Of a DNA stretch of 64,000 bases, positions 51,103-61,966 are shown in pieces. The stretch covers positions 50,222,001-50,286,000 of the forward strand of contig OZ076413.1 in assembly GCA_964187785.1 (NCBI GenBank). Direction: 5' to 3'. The position numbers and the translations under genes were made by a program. The first letter of the stretch is position 1. Each line of letters opens with the position of its first letter. The notes below the pieces were generated by a model that saw only the letters and a list, made by a program, of their open reading frames with translations, searched no databases and was not told where the DNA came from. Origin of the DNA: Amphiscolops sp. MND2022. Lineage: Eukaryota.

Positions 51103-51908
51103 GAAAAGCCAAAAGGTTTTAAGTTAAATTTGAAATGGTATAATGGTATGAATCGGAATGATGATAGGAAGATACGGTAGTAAGCAACTTATCTCGTCAA
51201 AAGTTACAATTCGTGTGTGTTGTTCGGTTTTACCCGATAGTACAATTATGGAAGTGTGTTAGCACCTTTCCTCTTAGCCAATGGCGTTCAACCTGCTAAT
51301 TGCACTTGACGACTGGTAGCCACAGTCGTTGCAGGTGATAATCGATGCTCAATTACGTATGTTTGATCTAGTATGACCGCAAGCACCAGTCATCTTAGCA
51401 CGTAATTATTTCAAATTATCTCTCATATTGAGGCTTTACTACTGAGTGTTCTTATCATCGTGGTGACTGCTCTAATTACCGTTTGAAGTAATTTACTAAT
51501 GGATATTGCACGAATTACTGATATAAATGAACGAAATGTTGTGGTTTAAGTGAATGGATTGTTATGACTATGAATGATTGATTGTTCTGGTAGTACGTTA
51601 CATGTAATATAAAAAATGGATAAAGAATGGTTAAACGATGCACTATCACTGTGGATGATGACTGATTGTTTCAGTCGTAAATATGGAAATAACTGGATAT
51701 TTCAGTTTTAGCTTTTAAACGATGCACCATAACATGAATGAATTTAGTATTGATGACTGCTAGTTTCAGTTGTCATATAGCCAACTGTAATGTTTAGCTA
51801 ATAAATTACTGCAATGTATTTACATGATGATCTGTATTTTAGGGAGTTTGATGTAAGGATTAATGTTTTAGAGTTTATTTCATTTCTTCATGCTTGGCGG
51901 GCATGACA
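50781..51908 (-). repeat. 5' LTR
   Basis: Direct repeat of 37316-38437, with a few substitutions and small indels. Confidence 0.95.
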
Positions 51909-52780
51909 CTTGCCATGGGATCCATGGCTGCCAAGATGTAGTAAGAATTTGGCAAGATCTTGCCAAGACAGCCAAGATGCTAGTAAGAGGGTCAACCCGG
52001 GAAAGATCGAAAACCTGGGCTTTCATTTCGTCGTTATGAAAATTGCGTAAAATTTTATTATGTTTCGCAATATTTAAATAGGTGAGAATGAAGATTCACA
52101 AAGACATTGTGAGAAAATTGTAATATTCCCTTTCATAAAATTGATACTGTTATTTAATTAGGTTTTCAAGGTTTTCAAAGTGTGTTATTTCAAATTTTGG
52201 AACTAAGACAGACAGTAAAGCTCAATTAATTTTATTCGACCAATTTTTCATCGGCTCAACTTTCTGAATTGCCATCTATATATAGACCGACTTCACAATT
52301 CCGTTGTATTGGTTAGAGAATGGCAGTAAAATGCCCGAGGTAATAAGAGTCTGCAATGTACTGCAGTGATTTTGTCCTCCATTAAGAACGTGTATGTCGT
52401 CTCAAGATTGGGTTTCCGCTGCTCTTTTTGAAAAATCAAAAATTGAACAATTGATCATTTCTGTTCGCAAACTTGAAAGGAAGTTCAAACTTATTTAGTT
52501 GAGCATACCGGAATTTCACCATAAAACTTCTCCTTGTATAATTATATAATATCCTTGAGCAAGTCACTTTGAAACCACAGCTTCAAGTCCACCATTACTT
52601 GACCACTTGGCTGCAAATATGGTACCATAGCTTGCTATGGGGAGATAGTATCCGAAAGGGCGCCGACTTAGAAAAGCAGAACTGCTTATTCGGCGTCCAC
52701 CCCGCGGTAATGGGGATATTAACTTCTCTCTCTATCCGTTTAAATCGAAAACTCAAAATCCAGGTCAAAATTTTAATTAG

Positions 52781-53259
52781 GTTCAAACCGGAAGTCCCCA
52801 AAGTAGTTCTCGAAAGTAAAAAAAAATCAAAAGATAACGACTTTCAAAAACAAGTATGCACATAATTTAATACGAAAACTGAATATTAAAAAAACGGGAT
52901 CAAGCACAGCTGTGCGTTTATTTCATGTGTTTCATTCTTGTGTATATTGACACAAGTCTTTTTTTCTGTTTTAGTCTCACGACGTCAAGTGCAGAACGTG
53001 TGCCATAATGCGTAACTCGGTGTTGGAATGGATGAAAGAGAAAAGCACCCCTGCAAAATGGGATGCTACAACAGAGGACAAGTGTAGCGAAACTTTTCCT
53101 CCGGGACGCGGGATCATTACTAAGCTGGTGAGAAGAAACCAGTTTTCGCAATGCATGGACATAGTCAAGGCGTTTAACGAGGATACCTATGAAATTGTAG
53201 CCAGAACTGTAGCGAGAGAGACTATGCGCCACTGTTATGACGTCAACAAAGTATGCTAA
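52781..53259 (+). CDS. Saposin-like protein (SAPLIP) 3' exons
   Basis: Exons 52781-52853 and 52975-53259 join through a phase-0 GT-AG intron. The last exon has six cysteines in saposin-B-like spacing (CRTC...C...C...C-x6-C-stop). Confidence 0.7.
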
Positions 53260-53905
53260 ACCTCTGATGGGATCTTGGTAGCCCTTAATCATGTTGACAA
53301 CTTTTGTGCTACTTCAATTTTCATTACATCGTTGACTGGTCCGATGAAAGTGGTTGAATAATACATTTTTCAAAACACGGTTTCTTTCAAGTCTGGTCTA
53401 ACGGAATTTCTGATCACTCAACACCCCCCACCGCCAAAATTTTATCGGAAAGTTAATAAAAATATTATAACAAAATGACTTGAATACAAACCAGAAACCT
53501 TCAATGTTAAAGTTATAGATGCAAACTTTATTCACACTCAGAAGTTCAACAGCTTCCTGTTTTCAGTCACGAAAAACACTTTATACGAACAAAATAAAGT
53601 CAAAATGTTTTGTTCAAAAGTTGTTCTAATAGACGATAACTTCCTGTTTTTGAAAAAGAATTTACTTTTATTCATGCTAATCTGAAATTTTTGAGGAAAT
53701 TCACTCAACAATTTTGGTGGTGGTGTTGGGGGGGTTTGGTTTTTGTTGTACAGGAAAGAGCCTTGCAAACTCCCCATAACATATTCTATGAAACTGAATA
53801 GGTAATATGTGAGATAATCGGGGTCTTTTCTGTTTTTCTGGCCTACTGGCGTAAAATTTATTCCCCCCATCAACGTTTCATTTGTTAGGATAAGAATCGT
53901 AGTAT

Positions 53906-53988
53906 ATGACTCACTTCTTAATGACTCACTTCATGAAACTCACTTCTTAATGACTCACTTCTTAATGGAACTAACTTCCTAATGACTC
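53906..53988. repeat. 15-bp minisatellite (GACTCACTTCTTAAT); second copy at ~58616-58698
   Basis: Five to six degenerate units. Confidence 0.8.
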
Positions 53989-54227
53989 GAAAGTTTTATT
54001 GGGGGCAAATTTGCTGGGGGAATAACAGAAAAGACCCAATAATCGTTTGATATCATTTGACATGGTTTGGCGAGATTTGTTAAGTTACTGCGGCTTTCCT
54101 TGTGACGAGGTAATCTATTTTCAACGACCCAATTTCGCAATATTTCCCACTATGTAACAATGCATTGAAGTTTTTACTAAAAAGTGAGTTAAACTCGAAC
54201 TAGTTTTTCATGTCTTCCAGTGACGGT

Positions 54228-55208
54228 TTAGAATTCATAGAAGCTTGCATTCGCCCCGTGGGCCGACGACCGATCTAAAGCATCAGCTAATTCTCTTTCT
54301 ATGGGATTATTATTACCATTTCCCAGCATCACGTCTGAGTTTTCAAAGTCGGACATCATGTCCATTTCTCTAGATTTCCCGGCTTTAGCCTTTTGTTTTG
54401 TTGTGGAAGGCATAAGAGATTGTTACAAGATAAAGAATTAAATTATCTTTTAGCTTGTAAATTCAGTGTGAGATTACTAAACGGTAAGTAACTAGCATGT
54501 AGTATCATTCAAAAGTTGTTGTCCCGGGACTAAATGTCCCAGCTATACATACTTGAAACTACATCACGTTGATGATTTTAGCAGTCATGAGCTAAAAATA
54601 GCCTTAAGGGCTTTCTAAATATAGCCAATGCTATAAATAGCAACTAACATCATCATGACGTTATATACTCCAAAGGACGTTTCCGACAGTTAACATGGCG
54701 GGAAGCCCGTGAGTCCATACGGACAATCAACGATATACATGCATAAAACCGAACAGGATACATGTATTTCAACACTCGTTAGAATTGCATGAATTATATG
54801 AAAATGCACCACTAGAACGTTGTCTGCCATAGTTCATAAGTCCTTTGAGGACTAATAATGCATCGTATGAGAAATTGAAGCACCGACAATTATGTAATTG
54901 ATAATATTCACTAGCTAGCGCTTTTAAATTAGTTACGGACTCAGTGTCCAATCGACATGAGCGGACCAGCGCTTTGTTGACAGGCGGCATATGGCCATCC
55001 AGTCCTTTAATCTAAGAATATAGTACAGCAACAAACAAAAATAATACTGCGCTGTGATTGGCTAACGAGTTAATTGGACTGGCGGACCAAGGCGACAGGC
55101 GAGAAAACATTCGAGCGCGTTTCCTTTACCTGTACGTCTTGGTGTCCAATTAACTTACATATTAACGCCAGTATACTAATTTTACATGCGATTGCATAAT
55201 ACAAAACA
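54228..55208 (-). repeat. Truncated 3' LTR of a second gag-in-LTR family (duplicate unit 1)
   Basis: Boundary ...AAAACA|TTCCCCC, i.e. PPT GGGGGAA|TG on the minus strand. Contains the MPSTTKQKAK... ORF start. Confidence 0.75.
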
Positions 55209-55964
55209 TTCCCCCTGGAATCTCACTCCCCCTGAAATCAGCATAAAACAGCCCACCTTCATTCCTTCTAGGAAGGCCTGTCTTCTTGCGTTGAACTGTT
55301 CAACTGATTCCCCCGATTGGCTGTTTTATGAAGATAGTCGATGACTGCCTCGTCTTGAATCTGTTCGACAGATTTCCCGCAAACGAGACAGCCTGTACAG
55401 CCGGTGATATAGGGGTTGTCTCCGCCATTCGGTCCCCTGAAGTGGATGCCGCTTTTGTGTTGTTGGCTGTTACTGGTAGTGGCTTCTGCTGCTATCCTCC
55501 AGTCGCCTGACGGGTATTTGTCTCTAGCTGGGTGCGACATAGGCGTGTCGACCATAGGGAGTAGTTGACTGCATAAATTGATCTTTATCAGCCGTGGGTC
55601 TCGCAACAGGCCCTCTACCCTTTCCCAAGTTGAAGTAGCCAGCTTCAAACATAGGCCCAGGGATATATGCGAGCCTGGGTGTCGCAGCGCGAGTCACTTC
55701 TTGCTTATTGGCGGTAGAAGGGATTGGAATACTTTCTGATGTCGACGGAAGTTCCATCTGCCTCTCCACACACTGAACCAGGACTGCCACCTCGTCGTCG
55801 TCAGACAGGCTTTCCAAGTCATCAAAAGATGCACTGCTTGCGCACTCCATGTCGTCATCTGAGGATATGTAGATTATCCCGTCTCCGGGTGCTGCCCCTT
55901 GGAAGTCCTCGGGGTAATATTCTGGAGACTCAGAAGCAAAGTGACTTGACGAGAATTTGTCCAT
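55170..55964 (-). pseudogene. Sense accessory ORF next to the PPT (acidic N-terminus, CxxCxxC), unit 1, frameshifted
   Basis: ORFs 55524..55970 and 55268..55648 are pieces of the reading frame seen at 59893-60687. Confidence 0.6.
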
Positions 55965-57505
55965 GATCAATTTTTTGGCTGTTTTGGAGAATTGACTGAG
56001 TTCTTATATTTTGGTTTTGAAGAGCTGCTGATTTTTGAGAATGAAGCTGAAACAATGGCGGTTTCCTTCTCCGTCAACTTGCGGGAGTTTTCGTTTCAGT
56101 TTCCCGGGGTTTTACTCTTCCTTGCTGACTAACTTTTCAATAACAAAATTCCTTCCTTCTAGAATCTTTCAACCAGCCTCTCGGTCTTCTTTGAAAAAGC
56201 CAACCGAGGCTTTGTTGACTTACATCAACTCTATCAACACTTCATATTAAGAGCGTCGCTTCAAGTGTTTATTAACACTCATCTAGCACCTAAGAGATTC
56301 AAGAGGTTGAAGATATGGCAGGCGGCCACGCCGTCCATCAGCAATTTTGATTAGCCAATCGGAATGCAGCATAATTCTTTCTGAATAAAAATGGCTCTTC
56401 AAGGTCGTAAATCCATATAAGGACTAATGTAAAATTACATTGAAATTTTAAAAAATCTTGATAAAATCATGAAATAATTTGTAAAAATGGTAAAGTTTCG
56501 ACATAAATTAATGATTGTAGATATCGCTGGCAGACTCCATCCACATCATAATGTAATTTGTAAAAAATGCAAATTTGACACCAAATTGTATAGCCACGAA
56601 CTCCAATTTTGACACTTTGTCACAATGCCGATTCACCTTTCAATTCTTTTACATTAGAATTCTCTCCAATTACTCTTCTTGTATTATCGCCAGTATTTAG
56701 ACATCTTTAGACTTTTAGACTTTGAGTCGTATTTACTTGTACTTGTCTGAAGTTTCCATTTATAATTCCTCCTCGATACATCTTCTGTGGATTTCTTGGG
56801 CCACCCTAGGACAATCGACACTGAGTCCCTTTTGGCAGACCGAGCCATATTCATCCTTCTCTCCCTCCTTCAAAGAAGATTTTGCTCTTCCTGCTCAGCC
56901 GCTGCTGTAGAATCGCTCTTTCGATTCCATCGTATGTTTCCCCGGCAGATTGTCCTCTGAGACTGACAATTCATCAACCGTCAGCAATTTGTACGCAGAA
57001 CGTTCTTCTTTCAAGTTGAACCCATACAGGTCAGTAGCATTTCAGGATTTTTTCATTTCTATTTTTGGTAACGAACTAGTTTGAGGCTTGATCAGGGCTC
57101 TCATTTCATTCACGTACTTCCTGTCCCATAACCCAAGCATTCACTTGAGTTCAAAATATCTACTTCCGGAAGATTTTTTAACGCGGTAATGGACTCTTTT
57201 TCAGGAAGGTTTCCGGTTGAATTTATCTCTTTCTATTTAGACATGTTGTCCGAAGAGCACAATGAAATTGTTCCTGCTACCGCTACTGGGACCCTGATAG
57301 AAGAAGAAGTTCCACAACAGCACGAAGAAACAGCAGTCAGCCACTAAAGGACGCTGAGTCCAAACAGCCTGAACCGCCAAAAGACAATTCAGCAAAGCCT
57401 GACCCAACTTCTAGTCCATCCACTGATGAGAGTATCTCTGCGTACATCGAACGTCAGTTGCAGACTCTAGGTTGTCAGGGCACTGGACTGGACATCTCTT
57501 TCTTG

Positions 57506-57974
57506 CCGGAAGTCCCCAAAGTAGTTCTCGAAAGTAAAAAAAATCAAAAGAAAACGACTTTCAAAAACAAGTATGCAAATAATTTAATACGAAAACTGAA
57601 TATTAAAAAAACGGGATCAAGCACAGCTGTGCGTTTATTTCATGTGTTTCATTCTTGTGTTTATTGACAAGTCTTTTTTTCTGTTTCAGTCTCACGACGT
57701 CAAGTGCAGAACGTGTGCCATAATGCGTGACTCGGTGTTGGAATGGATGAAAGAGAAAAGCACCCCTGCAAAATGGGATGCTACAACAGAGGAGAAGTGT
57801 AGCGAAACTTTTCCTCCGGGACTCGGGATCATTACCAAGCTGGTGAGAAGAAACCAGTTTTCGCAATGCATGGACATAGTCAAGGCGTTTAACGAGGATA
57901 CCTATGAAATTGTAGCCAGAACTGTAGCGAGAGAGACTATGCGCCACTGCTATGACGTCAACAAAGTATGCTAA
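57506..57974 (+). pseudogene. Duplicated saposin-like exons (5'-truncated copy)
   Basis: Copy of 52788-53259. The last exon (57690-57974) is intact. Confidence 0.65.
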
Positions 57975-59892
57975 ACCTCTGATGGGATCTTGGTAGCCCT
58001 TAATCATGTTGACAACTTTTGTGCTACTTCAATTTTCATTACATCGTTGACTGATCCGATGAAAGTGGTTGAATAATACATTTTTCAAAACACGGTTTCT
58101 TTCAAGTCTGGTCTAACGGAATTTCTAATCACTCAACACCCCCCACCGCCAAAGTTTTATCGGAAAGTTAATAAAAAATATTATAACAAAATGACTTGAT
58201 TACGAACAAGAAACCTTCAATGTTAAAGTTATAGATACAAACTTTATTCACACTCAGAAGTTCAACAGCTTCCTGTTTTGAGTCACGAAAAACACTTTAT
58301 ACGAACAATATAAAGTCAAAATGTTTTGGTCAAAAGTTGTTCTAATAGACAATAACTTCCTGTTTTTGAAAAAGAATTTACTTTTATTCATGCTAATCTG
58401 AAATTTTTGAGGAAATTCACTCAACAATTTTGGTGGTGGTTGTGGGGGGAGTTTGTTGTACAGGAAAGAGCCTCGCAAACTCCCCATAACATATTCTATG
58501 AAACTGAATAGGTAATATGTGAGATAATCGGGGTCTTTTCTGTTTTTCTGGCCTACTGGCGTAAAATTTATTCCCCCCATCAACGTTTCATTTGTTAGGA
58601 TAGGAATCGTAGTATATGACTCACTTCTTAATGACTCACTTCATGAAACTCACTTCTTAATGACTCACTTCTTAATGGAACTAACTTCCTAATGACTCGA
58701 AAGTTTTATTGGGGGCAAATTTGCTGGGGGAATAACAGTAAAGACCCAATAATCGTTTGATATCATTTGACATGGTTTGGCGAGATTTGTTAAGTTACTG
58801 CGGCTTTTCTTGTGACAAGGTAATCTTTTTTCAACGACCCAATTTCGCAATATTTCCCACTATGTAACAATGCATTGAAGTTTCTACTAAAAATTGAGTT
58901 AAACTCGAACTAGATTTTCATGTCTTCCAGTGACGGTTTAGAATTCATAGATGCTTGCATTCGCCCTGCGGGTCGACGACTGATCTATAGCATCAGCTAA
59001 TTCTCTTTCTATGGGATTATTATTACCATTTCCCAGCATCACGTCTAAGTTTTCAAAGTCGGACATCATGTCCATTTCTCTAGATTTCCTGGCTTTTGCC
59101 TTTTGTTTTCTTGTGGAAGGCATAAGAGATTGTTACGAGATAAAGAATTGAATTATCTTTTAGCTTGTAAATTCAGTGTGAGATTACTAAACGGTAAGTA
59201 ACTAGCATGTAGTATCATACAAAAGTTGTTGTCCCCGGGACTAAATGTCCCGGCTATATATACTTAAAACTACATGACGTTCATAATTTTAGCAGTCATG
59301 AGCTAAAAATAGCCTTAAGGGTTTTCTAAATATAGCCAATGCTATAAATAGCAACTAACATCATCATGACGTTATATACATCAAAGGACGTTTCCGACAG
59401 TTAACATGGTGGGAAGCCCGTGAGTCCATACGGACAATCAACGACATACATGCATAAAACCGAACAGGATACATGTATTTCAACACTCGTTAGAATTGCA
59501 TGAATTATATGAAAATGCACCAATAGAACGTTGTCTGCCATAGTTCATAAGTCCTTTGAGGTCTAATATTGCATCGTATGAGAAATTAAAGCACCGACAC
59601 TTATGTGATTGACAATATTCACTAGCTAGCGCTTTTAATTTAGTTACGGACTCAGTGTCCAATCGACATAAGCGGACCAGCGCTTTGTTGACAGGCGGCA
59701 TATGGCCATCCAGTCCTTTAATCTAAGAATATAGTACAGCAACAAATAAAGATAATACTGCGCTGTGATTGGCTAACGAGTTAATTGGACTGGCGGACCA
59801 AGGCGACGGGCGAGAAAACATTCGAACGCATTTCCTTTACCTGTACGTCTTGGTGTCCAATTAACTTACATATTAACGCCAGTATACTAATT

Positions 59893-60687
59893 TTACATGC
59901 GATTGCATATTACAAAACATTCCCCCTGGAATCTCACTCCCCCTGGAATCAGCATGAAACAGCCCACCTTCATTCCTGCTAGGAAGGCCAGTTTTCTTGC
60001 GTTGAACTGTTCAACTGATTCCCCCCGAATGGCTGTTTTATGAAGATAGTCGATGACTGCCTCGTCTTGAATCTGTTCGACAGATTTCCCGCAAACGAGG
60101 CAGCCTGTACAGCCTGTGATATAGGGGTTGTCTCCGCCATTCGGTCCCCTGAAGTGGATGCCGCTATTGTGTTGTTGGCTGTTACCGGTAGTGGCTTCTG
60201 CTGCTATCCTCCAGTCGCCTGACGGGTATTTGTCTCTGGCTGGGGGAGACATAGGCGTGTCGACCATAGGGATTAGTTGACTGCATAAATTGATCGGGTG
60301 GTCATTTCTCAGCCGTGGGTCTCTCGCAACAGGCCCTCTACCCATTCCCAAGTCGAAGTAGCCAGCATCAAACATAGGCCCAGGGATGTATGCGAGCCTG
60401 GGTGTTGCAGCGCGAGTCACTTCTTGCTTATTGGCGGTAGAAGGGATTGGAATACTTTCTGATGTCGACGGAAGTTCCAGCTGCCTCTCCACACACTGAG
60501 CCAGGAGGGCCACCTCGTCGTCGTCAGACAGGCTTTACAAGTCATCAAAAGATGCACTGCTTGCGCACTCCATATCGTCATCTGAGGATATGTAGATTAT
60601 CCCGTCTCCGGGTGCTGCCCCTTGGAAGTCCTCGGGGTAATATTCTGGAGACTCAGAAGCAAAGTGACTTGACGAAAATTTGTCCAT
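59893..60687 (-). pseudogene. Sense accessory ORF (~264 aa, acidic N-terminus, CTGCLVC), one premature stop
   Basis: ATG at 60687 is in frame with ORF 59893..60513. The TAA here corresponds to GAA in unit 1. Confidence 0.65.
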
Positions 60688-61966
60688 GATCAATTTTTTG
60701 GCTGTTTTGGAGAATTGACTGAGTTCTTATATTTTGGTTTTGAAGAGCTGCTGATTTTTGAGAATGAAGTTGAAACAATGGCGGTTTCCTTCTCCGTCAA
60801 CTTGCGGGAGTTTTCGTTTCAGTTTCCCGGGGTTTTACTCTTCCTTGCTGACTAAATTTTCAATAACAAAATTCCTTCCTTCTAGAATCGTTCAACTAGC
60901 CGCTCGGTCTTCTTTGAAAATGCCGACCGAGGCTTTGTTGACTTACATCAACTTTATCAACACTTCCATATTAAGAGCGTCGCTTCAAGTGTTTATTAAC
61001 ACTCATCTAGCACCTAAGAGTTTCAAGAGGTTGAAGATATGGCAGGCGGCCACGCCGTCCATCAGCAATTTTGATTAGCCAATCGGAATGCAGCATAATT
61101 CTTTCTGAATAAAAATGGCTCCTCAAGGTCGTAAATCCATATAAGGACTAATGTAAAATTACATTGAAATTTTAAAAAATCTTGATAAAATCATGAAATA
61201 ATTTGTAAAAATGGTAAAGTTTCGACATAAATTAATGATTGTAGATATCGCTGGCAGACTCCATCCACATCATAATGTAATTTGTAAAAAATGCAAATTT
61301 GACACCAAATTGTATAGCCACGAACTCCAATTTTGACACTTTGTCACAATGCCGATTCACCTTTCAATTCTTTTACATTAGAATTCTCTCCAATTACTCT
61401 TCTTGTATCATCGCCAGTATTTAATCATCTTTAGTCTTTTAGACTTTGAGTCGTATTTACTTGTACTTGTCTGAAGTTTCCATTTATAATTCCTCCTCGA
61501 TACATCTTCTGTGGATTTCTTGGGCCACCCTAGGACAATTGACACTGAGTCCCTTTTGGCAGACCGAGCCATATTCATCATTCTCTTCCTCCTTCAAAGA
61601 AGATTCTGCTCTTCCTGCTCCGCAGCTGCTGTAGAATCGCGATTTCGATTCCATCGTATGTTTCCCCGGCAGATTGTCCTCTGAGACTGACAATTCATCA
61701 ACTGTCAGCAATTTGTACGCAGAACGTTCTTCTTTCAAGTTGAACCCATACAGGTCAGTAGCATTTCAGATTTTTTTCATTTCTATTTTTGGTAACGAAC
61801 TAATTTGAGGCTTGATCAGGGCTCTCATTTCATTCACGTACTTCCTGTCCCATAACCCAAGCATTCACTTGAGTTCAAAATATCTACTTCCGGAAGATTT
61901 TTTAACGCGGTAATGGACTCTTTTTCAGGAATGTTTCCGCTTGAATTTATCTCTTTCTATTTAGAC

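Larger units (their letters stand above)
37316..51908 (-). mobile_element. Ty3/Gypsy LTR retrotransposon (14.6 kb), young, with antisense cargo gene
   Basis: ~1.12-kb near-identical TG...CA LTRs, TSD CTTGC (37311-37315, 51909-51913), PBS, PPT, and gag plus pol in PR-RT-RH-IN order. Confidence 0.97.
36327..52001. mobile_element. Inner CMC/EnSpm-like MITE (body 36327-37315 plus 51909-52001), inserted in the right TIR of the outer MITE
   Basis: TIR CCTGGGTCGACCCTC / GAGGGTCAACCCGGG, 2-bp TSD AA, subterminal CAAGATCTT repeats. Confidence 0.85.
35471..52019. mobile_element. Outer CMC/EnSpm-like MITE (body 35471-36326 plus 52002-52019), interrupted
   Basis: TIR CCCAGGTTTTCGATCTTT / AAAGATCGAAAACCTGGG, 2-bp TSD CT, subterminal TGCAGATC repeats. 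Confidence 0.85.
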
